Source: Candidatus Woesearchaeota archaeon | GTDB taxonomy: Archaea; Nanobdellota; Nanobdellia; SCGC-AAA011-G17; JACPNG01 | Direction: 5' to 3' | NCBI GenBank assembly: GCA_018303365.1 | Contig: JAGVYI010000021.1 | Span: 1-54,838 of the forward strand | DNA: 54,838 nucleotides | Shown here: in pieces, positions 1 to 8,184 of the stretch | Layout of the letters: every line of letters starts with the position of its first letter | Numbering within the stretch: the stretch's first letter is position 1 | Position numbers and translations under genes: made by a program | Notes under the pieces: generated by a model | Database searches by the model: none | Told to the model about the DNA's origin: nothing | The model's input: only the letters and a program-made list of their open reading frames with translations

Positions 1-62
1 ATTGTCTTACTATGTAATATTTTATATTTCAATATTTTGGGCTCCTTTCAAACTATGTGAGA

Positions 63-671
63 TTAATATGACCAGAAAACATTCTTTATTATCTTTCCAT
101 AGACGTTTAACCCATCTGTTGTAACAGTCTTGATTTGATTATCCGTTTTCTCTTTTATTAGTTTCATAACTTGCTTTATCTCTCTCCCATTTCTTGTTTT
201 TGCATAATTTGACGCAACCATAAACCTTGTTTCTGTGTCTATACTGTCAATAAACCAATTCTTGTCCGTTCCTCTTTTCGCCTCATAGCTCTTTCTTCTA
301 TGATATTCTACTTCATCCACTTGGACTTCAGAACCTACCTTTAATTTTAAAACACCTGTAAATTTGCTTATATTTTCTGCATATTTTATGACCCACTTAT
401 ATATTGAGACATTGCTTACATTATGGGGATAAAACGCTTGTAAATGCTCTTGCACCTTTCTCGTTGAAATCCCTCTATAAAACAAGTCCAAACAGCGCGT
501 GATCTTTTGAGGGCTATTTCTCATCCTATAAAATCCATCATCAACAACAAAGCGTTTTTTGCACTCCCTACAGAGGTACCTCTGTAGCATTCCCCTGTTT
601 TTGGTGATTCTAAAACCTCGCTTAACAAGGTTGCTACCTTTGCAATATCAACAAGTTATTTTCTGTTCCAT
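63..671 (-). pseudogene. Zn-ribbon + HTH + DDE transposase (IS6/IS1-like), disrupted
   Basis: From ATG at 671 it reads MEQKITC*YCKGSNLVKRGFR..GMLQRYLCRECKKRF, with an in-frame TGA at 648-650 inside the first CxxC. An HTH-like region (GISTRKVQEHL..VSNVSIYKWV) and DDE motifs (QVDE, IDSIDTETRF, TTDG) follow. The frame stops at 63, before the final catalytic Glu region. Confidence 0.8.
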
Positions 672-697
672 TTTTGACCTTGATTTCCTCTGAATTT

Positions 698-805
698 CAT
701 TCATTATAATGAATGTGGTAGTATATATACTTATTCATTATAATGAATGGTAGTTATTCATCAAAAAGAATAGTAACATTTAAATAGTCGTTCATTATAC
801 TGAAT
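698..805. promoter_or_regulatory. Divergent promoter region with three palindromic operator-like sites
   Basis: Perfect ATTCATTATAATGAAT at 699-714 and 733-748, degenerate TTCATTATACTGAAT at 791-805, palindromic GTATATATAC at 721-730, and a TTTAAATA TATA box near 779-786. Confidence 0.7.
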
Positions 806-810
806 AGACT

Positions 811-2289
811 ATGGAATGGAAGGACTATCTTCAAGAAAGGATTAACGCCGCACCAAGCCTAATCAAAGAACATCTAAGAAATGTGAAATTTGAAAGAGCG
901 ATTATTTTACGTATGACTCGCTTCGCAAACTCTTTTTTAGAAGGGGGGGGTGGCGAAGTACGTATAATGATTTTGTACGGTCTAAGAGGAATCGGAAAAT
1001 CCACGATTCTTTTTCAGTTCTATAAGCGACTGCGAACAGGAAATTTCCTCAACACTCCTGATTCTACAAAAGAAGTCCCTCAGGAAAACATACTTTATAT
1101 GTCCATAGATCAAACCTTGCTGACAACGCAATCAAAATCAGAAAGCCCGATATATGATGCGGTCAAAAACTTTTGCGAGGCAATACATAATCAAACATTA
1201 GAATCCTTAAATAAAAAACTTTTCATCTTAGTTGATGAAGCACAATTTGATAAACGATGGGCCATAGCCGCAAAATCTCTATTCGACGCATCAAAAAATA
1301 TTTTTATTGTAATAACAGGTTCGTCCGCTTTAGCTCTTAACATAGACACAGATATGGCACGAAGGTCTATTAAAGAGCCACTCTTTCCTCTTAGCTTCAT
1401 GGAATATCAAATGATAAAAAATTGGATATTCCCTCCAAAAGGAACTGCGGAAAATATGAAAAATTTAGTATTGAATAACGACAAGTCTGCGATTGCAGAT
1501 TTAAACTTAGCTATTAAAAAAATCAAAGAAGACATGAATAAAAAAGGGTTGAATATTGAAAAGGAATTGAATGAATATATTGCTATTGGCGGTTTTCCCT
1601 ACGGCATGCTTACTTCAAAAGATATTTCTTATAGAAGAATTGTTGACATGATAAACCGCATTGTTGCACAAGACATGCCTGAAATCTCAAATTTCGAAAC
1701 CAACAGCATTCCCGATATAATGAGAATTATTGGTGCAATTGCTTTAAAACCCTCTGGTGAATTATCCCAAACAAAATTATCCCAAAACTTAGGAATTCCT
1801 TCTGCCAAAGTAAACACAATCATAGCCACTTTAGAAAAAACACATTTGATACTTACAGTAAAGCCTTACCTTGAAAGAGCGGGAGGGGGAGGATTCAGCA
1901 AAGGGCATAAATATTATTTTATGTCACCTACGCTTCTAAGTGCAATTAAACATATGAATGGAGTTACTACAATTTCTCCAGAGCACAAAGGTTTATTTTG
2001 GGAAAATGCTGTCGCTTCAACTTTGTTCAAATTATGCTATACAACAGGAACAATTAATACGTTATTTTATGATCCAAGAAAAGAAACCAATGCCGATTTC
2101 TTGTTGCAAAATCCTCTTTCAGGTAGAATCATACCTATTGAAGTTGGATTAAACAAAGATAATAAACAAATAAGCAACGCAATAGATTATTATAAAACGG
2201 GACATGGTATTTTAGTTTCTGATTTTGAAGAGATAGGAATAGACGGAAAGGTTATCAAAATTCCTTTTTGGCTATTTTTTTATTTATAA
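811..2289 (+). CDS. AAA_14-family ATP-binding protein with wHTH and C-terminal DUF4143/PD-(D/E)XK-like domain
   Basis: Walker A GLRGIGKS, Walker B ILVDEAQ, ITGSSAL, GGFP, HTH-like SQTKLSQNLGIPSAKVNTIIATLE, ENAVA, and ADFLL..IPIEVG. Confidence 0.85.
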   Translation: MEWKDYLQERINAAPSLIKEHLRNVKFERAIILRMTRFANSFLEGGGGEVRIMILYGLRGIGKSTILFQFYKRLRTGNFLNTPDSTKEVPQENILYMSIDQTLLTTQSKSESPIYDAVKNFCEAIHNQTLESLNKKLFILVDEAQFDKRWAIAAKSLFDASKNIFIVITGSSALALNIDTDMARRSIKEPLFPLSFMEYQMIKNWIFPPKGTAENMKNLVLNNDKSAIADLNLAIKKIKEDMNKKGLNIEKELNEYIAIGGFPYGMLTSKDISYRRIVDMINRIVAQDMPEISNFETNSIPDIMRIIGAIALKPSGELSQTKLSQNLGIPSAKVNTIIATLEKTHLILTVKPYLERAGGGGFSKGHKYYFMSPTLLSAIKHMNGVTTISPEHKGLFWENAVASTLFKLCYTTGTINTLFYDPRKETNADFLLQNPLSGRIIPIEVGLNKDNKQISNAIDYYKTGHGILVSDFEEIGIDGKVIKIPFWLFFYL

Positions 2290-2338
2290 TAAATGAGGCA
2301 AGGAAAATAATTACTAATCTTGAGTAAATAAAGTCCCT

Positions 2339-2374
2339 TTAACTTAACAATGTAGTGTCAATAATTGCCCTCAT
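2339..2374 (-). pseudogene. N-terminal remnant of a PIN-domain (VapC-like) toxin
   Basis: ATGA overlap with the AbrB stop codon. It reads MRAIIDT-TLLS*; MRAIIDT matches the PIN first strand with the catalytic Asp (hhhDTN). Confidence 0.6.
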
Positions 2375-2631
2375 TTTTTCCGGGTCTGTTTGATTGCTTC
2401 TTCTGCATCAGACTCTTTTATCCCCCTTTCTTTAGCAAAATCTCTTGTTTTTTTGAGTAACTTATCAATCCCGTTAAAAGAGGGCATTTCTAACTTTCTC
2501 AATACAATTGTATTATCTTCTCCAATGACAACAAACTTTTCTCCGGCGTGAATCTTCATTCTATCTCTTAACCTTTGAGGGATAACTATCTGTCCTCTTG
2601 AACTTACGCTTGTTATTTCAACATTTTTCAT
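2371..2631 (-). CDS. AbrB/MazE/SpoVT-family DNA-binding antitoxin
   Basis: SVSSRGQIVIPQRLRDRMKIHAGEKF motif; GGAGGT RBS and TATAAATA box upstream on the minus strand. Confidence 0.9.
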   Translation of the reverse strand: MKNVEITSVSSRGQIVIPQRLRDRMKIHAGEKFVVIGEDNTIVLRKLEMPSFNGIDKLLKKTRDFAKERGIKESDAEEAIKQTRKK

Positions 2632-3188
2632 TTTAACCTCCTGATAAGTTTATACGACTGGTAAGATTATCTTATTTATAACCCTTTCGTTTTGTATTTT
2701 TTTAGAAAAAAAGCAAAAAAGCGTGCGTCTTTCTAATACCTTGCCCACACCAAAGGATATTATTTCAAAATAATGAAAATCGGCGTCTGAATTACAAATA
2801 AATAGAATACGATTTGCATATTTTATATGGTGTGTGGGTTTGATTTCTTTGAAGTGGTATAATTGGATTCCTATTGTTATGACTTTTAAATTACCGGCTC
2901 TATGAACGCCTGTGTAAATCTTTTTAAGCATGTTTTTATCCTTTCTTTTGATGCGACTTTTGGTTTATGTACTCTTTTTTCTGTTTTTTCAATCTGTTAA
3001 ACCCATCTGGAGTGTAGTATAAGAAATCTATTGGATAATCTTATGTCCTAGCCTGTAAACTTAATTAATGATAAGGCCCACAAATCGGAATGTTTATATA
3101 TATATAATTAGATTATATGCATCTATGATGGTATGGATGGAAGCAAACTTATTGTTCTTGCAGCTTTTATTCTTACTTGGAGGTTCAA

Positions 3189-3407
3189 ATGGAAGTATTT
3201 GAAGCAATTCCAAAGCAATGGGGGAATTCATTAGGAGTTACTATACCCAGCGAGATAATCAAGAAAGAGCATATATCTTCAAAAAAGAAAGTAAGATTCT
3301 TGGTTGTTGGTGCAGAGATGGTCAATCTAAAAAAAGCCTTTGGTACCATGAAGCTCAAGAAGCCAACACAAAAGGCAATGGCCGAGATAGATGAAGGATA
3401 CGACTAA
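3189..3407 (+). CDS. AbrB/MazE-family antitoxin (VapB-like)
   Basis: KQWGNSLGVTIPSEII motif; GGAGGT RBS before ATG 3189; overlaps the downstream PIN gene. Confidence 0.88.
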   Translation: MEVFEAIPKQWGNSLGVTIPSEIIKKEHISSKKKVRFLVVGAEMVNLKKAFGTMKLKKPTQKAMAEIDEGYD

Positions 3408-3774
3408 ACTAAAAGTCTTCTTGGCAGACACTTATGCGCTTATAGAACTGTTAGGAGGTAATCTAAACTATAAACCTTATTTAGATCATACTTTGATAAC
3501 CACCCAGTTTAATCTTATAGAGTTATACTATCATTTTCTCCATAATTACGGCAAGAAAACAGCCGATAAATACCTACATTTATATTCAAAATTCACGATT
3601 CCAATAACCTATAGCAGTATAAAAGATGCTATGGAATTCAAGTTAAAACATAAGGAAGAAAAACTTAGCTATGTGGACTGCGTTGGCTATGCCCTTGCTT
3701 TGGAACTTGGAATAAGGTTTTTAACAGGCGATGGGAAGTTTAAGAATAAACCTAACGTAGAGTTTGTTAAGTAA
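3391..3774 (+). CDS. vapC: PIN-domain toxin (VapC family)
   Basis: FLADTYALI, NLIE, LSYVDCVGYALA and FLTGDGKF give the acidic PIN tetrad. Confidence 0.88.
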   Translation: MKDTTKLKVFLADTYALIELLGGNLNYKPYLDHTLITTQFNLIELYYHFLHNYGKKTADKYLHLYSKFTIPITYSSIKDAMEFKLKHKEEKLSYVDCVGYALALELGIRFLTGDGKFKNKPNVEFVK

Positions 3775-3925
3775 TCTCTATGAACTAAAACGCGCACCTA
3801 TCATAAAATTAGGGTGTTTCTGGATACTAATAGTGAATACCCCACCTATTATTATGCGGGATTGTCCCATAAACTATAGGAGTATCCTTGTAAACCTTTT
3901 TAAGTATGTTTTTGTTTTTTCTTTT

Positions 3926-4906
3926 ATGCGTTTTTTCGTAGTACTTCTTTTCCTTATATTTCTTGTAGCGGTAGCATTTGCACAGCCTGCTCAGGAGCCT
4001 GAGCTTCGCCTTCGTTATCACTCAACCACGCAAAATGTTACTATTGACTTATCAGAGTATCTTCCTGGCGATGCTTTTGTTGTTGGGCCAACTACCCATG
4101 TTCGGGTTTTTCTAAACGGAAGCTTTGCTACGCTTGTCTCTGAAGAGGGTTGGAGGGGGGTTGAAGAGATTGTTTTTCGTGTCCATTCTTTAGAAGCGGT
4201 CCATCCTCAAGAGAGCATCATTGTTGAAAGCACTTCTCTTTCCTTTAAGCCGCCACGCCTTTTTTCTGAGGATATGTTTGGTGCTGACCTTTCTGAAATC
4301 CTTCTTTCTTCTTACAGGCGCATTCCCCTTGAGGGTGTAGCAAGCGGTATTTATGAAGACAATTTGTTTGTTGTTCTTAATAATAACACCCAACTTTTAC
4401 TTCCTCTGTTTCAGGCTTCCCCTTCAGCAACGCTCAATATTTCACTTGGCAGTGGCCGGCGCCCTGTTGTTATTTCCCCCTCTTTTGACATTAGGTATTT
4501 TTTCTTTCTTCCCCTAATTGTCCTTAGTTTTGTTGCTGCCTTATTTTTGCTTAACCCATTTGTTTTCCGCCGCCTTCCAGTATCTTTCGAGGTCCAAGCC
4601 GCACGCGCAGAGTTTCTTGCTGACTTAACCTCGCTTTTGCGACGTCGCGGTATTTCTGAGCGCACTGCACACCCATTTCTATCCAAAGGATTTTCTCTTT
4701 TTTTTGGAGTCAACTCCAGATCAAGCTCTCTTGAACTTTTAGAAATTCTACGGCGCCAGGGTGTTGGCGGCGACCTTCGCCAGCGCATTATCTTTATGTT
4801 TGAGCATTCCTTGCGTTCACAGCGTCTTCCGGGAAGTCCAAAGGAGAATCTTGTTGAACTTTCAGAAATTCTTCGCCATGTTTATGCACTATCACATCCT
4901 GGATAA
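3926..4906 (+). CDS. Hypothetical type I membrane protein (signal peptide, beta-rich ectodomain, TM, helical tail)
   Basis: Likely start MRFFVVLLFLIFLVAVAFA, downstream of a TTTTTAAG TATA box near 3897-3904. Ig/cadherin-like segment NVTIDLSEYL..GWRGVEEIVFRV; TM YFFFLPLIVLSFVAALFLL. Confidence 0.7.
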   Translation: MRFFVVLLFLIFLVAVAFAQPAQEPELRLRYHSTTQNVTIDLSEYLPGDAFVVGPTTHVRVFLNGSFATLVSEEGWRGVEEIVFRVHSLEAVHPQESIIVESTSLSFKPPRLFSEDMFGADLSEILLSSYRRIPLEGVASGIYEDNLFVVLNNNTQLLLPLFQASPSATLNISLGSGRRPVVISPSFDIRYFFFLPLIVLSFVAALFLLNPFVFRRLPVSFEVQAARAEFLADLTSLLRRRGISERTAHPFLSKGFSLFFGVNSRSSSLELLEILRRQGVGGDLRQRIIFMFEHSLRSQRLPGSPKENLVELSEILRHVYALSHPG

Positions 4907-4997
4907 TAAGATTAACTACCGCTTTATATTGTTATATTTAACCATATGGTTTATAATAGAAAATTTAAATAAAAGTGTACAGAATCAACGCTTGGAG

Positions 4998-5476
4998 ATG
5001 ATAGAAACAGCAGATGAAAAGAAGGCAAATATAAGTTCGCAATAAAGGAAGTTTGTGAGATTTCTAAGAATGAGGAGAGAATATTAGAACTTGTAAAAAA
5101 AGCCAAAGAAATAGTTTTCAGAGAGGGTAAGGTATTACCTAGAGAGTTATCAAGGTATTAAATATATCTAAACAGAGGATTGCCAAGCTAAGATTGTAGA
5201 TTCTGAAACCAATGTAAGGTTATACTTTATGTGGAGGATTAATTCAAAACAGCTCTTGTTGATACCGGAATTCTTGATGTAAAACTTTTCGAAATTTACA
5301 AAGAGATGGTTGTAAAAGCAGATGAATTCTTGGAAATATTCAAAGAGGAAAAATGGAAAAGGGGAAACTTCACTTACAAAACAATCCTTCAAGCAAACAA
5401 AGAGCCAGCTGAAGATTCTTTAAATAACGCAAAAATCTTCCTTTCAAACATCTCTAAAGTTATAAAGAAGAATTAA
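4998..5476 (+). pseudogene. Degraded HEPN-domain gene (possible MNT-HEPN toxin-antitoxin remnant)
   Basis: An open C-terminal frame at ~5243-5476 reads LVDTGILDVKLFEIYKEMVVKADEFLEIFKEEKWKRGNFTYKTILQANKEPAEDSLNNAKIF, with a HEPN-like R-x4-Y motif and terminal helix. The upstream part is broken by stops. The segment is A-rich, unlike its flanks. Confidence 0.5.
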
Positions 5477-5670
5477 ATACATGAAAGCAGGATTTAGCAG
5501 CATCAAAGGAAGATTTTGGGTAAGTGTAAGTTCTAAAAAAGCAAAGACCATTGGGCAGGGCTATATGGGCGACTGCCCACCCATAATCTATTCAGTTATT
5601 TCAAAAGAGATTTAGGACAGAGCTATTAACTACAAAAACTTTTTATAGCCCTATTTGTTTTATCTATTTC

Positions 5671-8184
5671 ATGCGTCTTGGGCTGATTGTCACTTTTTTA
5701 TTTCTTATTCCCTTAGCTTATGCCCAAAGTGTTGATATTGCTGGTCAAGAGGTCCCGTTTGTTCTTTTGGTTCCTCTTGGGTTTATTCTGCTCGGCATCT
5801 TTTTTTTCCTTGTTATCTTCCTGAAAGACCACCTTAAGTCTCTTCGGACTTTTCTTTCCTTCTTAAAACCAACTTTGCCAAGGCGTTCTTCGCATAGGTC
5901 ATCACAACCACTTTCCAAGGATTATGCCCAGGAGCTTCACCTTTTTTCAAAGAGGGCTTCTAGTCTTCCTTTAGAGAATGCTTTCTCACAGCTTCACGGT
6001 CTTTTTCGAGATTACCTTATTGAGAGATACCATTTTTCTCCAGGCACAACCAATGAAGAGATTGCTATGAAAGTATCTGACCGCAAGATTGTGGCGCTTC
6101 TTCAGTCCCTTTCTGAAATACAATACAGTGGCAGTTCGCTTTCCTCGGCAAAGTTCTCTTCTTTTCTTTCCTCATTTCACAAAATTATTAATCGCCACAT
6201 AGATGTGAAGCCGAAGTCTATTTTCTCTTTTCGCTCTAAACCAAAGTCTTTTCCTTTGGCAGGCAAAAAGAAGTTTTCTGGTAAAACAATAAACCTTTCT
6301 TTTCTCTACTCTTTTTTTCCTAAAATCTTTTCCAAAATTCATATTCCCCGCATTTCTTTTTCTTTTCGTAGAAAAACCTCAAGGCAGCTTCCTAAAAACA
6401 TTTTGCAGAAGAAGTCTCCAGCAAAAGAACCTAAAAAAGCAAGCAGGCATATTCTTCGCTCCTTTTTCAGGATTCTTTATAACAACCGTATTCATCACCA
6501 TATAAAATCCTCGTTCAGGCTTCCTTTGCGCCGTAGGCATTCTATAAAAAAGCAAGGGCAGGTAGTATCACATAGAGTTACCTCTTCGGCTATTTCCCGT
6601 TCTTCTCGAGTTCCATCTTTCTCTTTGAAGAAGGGATTATTCTCCTCATTTAACTCTGCTATAAAATCCTGTACAGGGGTCGTGAAGAAGGGATTACATT
6701 TTTTTTCTAAGGGCTTTCTTAACTGTTATGCAATCCTGCCTTTTTCATATCATAAAATCCAGTCAGTTTATGCTGTTATACCAACTTTTTTCTACGCAAC
6801 CCATGCGCGTTATTTTTACTGGCGTGTATCATGGCTTATTGACAAAGGCTTCCGTGTTGCTCCTTCTTCCCCATCCAAGGCGAAGGAGATTTACTTTCGT
6901 GCGCTTGCATTTTATACAAAACTTACTGTCCCATCTTTAGACCCTTTAGGTGTTCGCTTACTTGAGCTTTATGATGCTGCAGAAGCTTCGCAGCTTTCAA
7001 AATCACAACAGCGCCTGAGTGTGCTTTCGCGTTACCTTGACCGCTTTGAGAAGGAGGCATATGTTCTTGGCTCTGCGCCGCCTGTTGTTCTTATTAAATG
7101 CCGCGAAGTTCTTGAACACCTTACCCTCAGCAGCTCTTTCCGGATTCATCAGATTCAGGACCATGTTCGCTCTCTTTCTAAACTTGTTCCTGATCTGTCT
7201 TTCAAGGGCATATCAGGGCACTTCTCCAATTTACCAAAACCATCTTCACACCTTTCGAAAGTTTCTTTTTCAAAGTTATTTGTGCACACTTTACGAAACA
7301 AACCCCAAAAGAAGAGACACCTTCGCTCTGTTTCAAAACCACACCACCTTTTTGAGCGCTTCTTCGCGCTTTCCCACTCATACGGCCTTCTATCCTCTGC
7401 ACTGCAATGGTCACGCTCTCGCTTATTTTTCAGGCATATTCCCCGCTATTTCGCTTCTTTTTCCATAAGGCGTCCAAGTTTATCCAAATTAAAACCTACT
7501 ATTCCTTCTTTTTCTTTCAGTAGGTTTCTTAACTCATACCGTGCATTTCTTCATAATGAAGAGAAGGCATTTTTGCGTCATTTAAAGCGCCTACAGGGTT
7601 CTATGCATTCTATCAAGCGTGATTCTTCCCACTCTTTTTCAGAATTTTTCTCCCACCTTGAGGGGCAATTAGTCCACAGACTTCATGGCGTTGAGCAAGG
7701 CATTTTATACCACCTTCATGCGCTTGAGCGTGAATTTTCACGTATTGAGCGAAAAGGAATTGACAGCCTTTCTTCCTTGCATCCTCTTGAGAAAAAAGTG
7801 GCTTTTAGAATTACATGGTCCAGCCTATCCTCTTCAGAGAAGCGGATTGCCCACCATCTTGGAGAACTTCTTCATCTTTCTTCGCAGCGAAAGCAGCCAT
7901 CTATAGAAGAACATAGCATTCCTTTTTCCTCTGAACCAATTGTTACCATTCATGAAGACCTTGCAGACCCTATCTTTTCAGTACTTACTGAGATTCATCG
8001 GGAGCGGCAAAGCACACTGTCGCATATGCCTTCTATTGCCCCTTTGCCCCGCAAGTTAGATAGCAAAACCTTTAGTGACGATTCTCACATAGTACAGCAG
8101 CCTTCTCTTTCCCGCCAACTTAAAGCCCTCACCAAAGAAGAAGAGGTCCTTTTCCAGAAACTTATCGAGCTTGACTCTTCTTAG
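5671..8184 (+). CDS. Large hypothetical membrane-anchored protein, Ser/Phe/His/Arg-rich
   Basis: 837-codon ORF after a TTTTTATA TATA box (~5640-5647). Signal peptide plus TM, helical segment RDYLIERYHFSPGTTNEEI, and TPR-like KAKEIYFRALAFY. Confidence 0.7.
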   Translation: MRLGLIVTFLFLIPLAYAQSVDIAGQEVPFVLLVPLGFILLGIFFFLVIFLKDHLKSLRTFLSFLKPTLPRRSSHRSSQPLSKDYAQELHLFSKRASSLPLENAFSQLHGLFRDYLIERYHFSPGTTNEEIAMKVSDRKIVALLQSLSEIQYSGSSLSSAKFSSFLSSFHKIINRHIDVKPKSIFSFRSKPKSFPLAGKKKFSGKTINLSFLYSFFPKIFSKIHIPRISFSFRRKTSRQLPKNILQKKSPAKEPKKASRHILRSFFRILYNNRIHHHIKSSFRLPLRRRHSIKKQGQVVSHRVTSSAISRSSRVPSFSLKKGLFSSFNSAIKSCTGVVKKGLHFFSKGFLNCYAILPFSYHKIQSVYAVIPTFFYATHARYFYWRVSWLIDKGFRVAPSSPSKAKEIYFRALAFYTKLTVPSLDPLGVRLLELYDAAEASQLSKSQQRLSVLSRYLDRFEKEAYVLGSAPPVVLIKCREVLEHLTLSSSFRIHQIQDHVRSLSKLVPDLSFKGISGHFSNLPKPSSHLSKVSFSKLFVHTLRNKPQKKRHLRSVSKPHHLFERFFALSHSYGLLSSALQWSRSRLFFRHIPRYFASFSIRRPSLSKLKPTIPSFSFSRFLNSYRAFLHNEEKAFLRHLKRLQGSMHSIKRDSSHSFSEFFSHLEGQLVHRLHGVEQGILYHLHALEREFSRIERKGIDSLSSLHPLEKKVAFRITWSSLSSSEKRIAHHLGELLHLSSQRKQPSIEEHSIPFSSEPIVTIHEDLADPIFSVLTEIHRERQSTLSHMPSIAPLPRKLDSKTFSDDSHIVQQPSLSRQLKALTKEEEVLFQKLIELDSS

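Noticed and set aside
1..12. ATTGTC at the window start as the inverted repeat matching the ~2352 junction
   Set aside because: Only about 5 bp match, and the transposase probably continued past position 1.
698..805. Repeats considered as a mini CRISPR array
   Set aside because: Only 16 bp, irregular spacing (18 and ~42 nt gaps), no cas genes; better explained as operators.
2650..2931. 93-aa minus-strand ORF (MLKKIYTGVH...)
   Set aside because: No recognisable motif, and its 3' end runs over the TATA box and leader of the AbrB gene. At most a decayed fragment.
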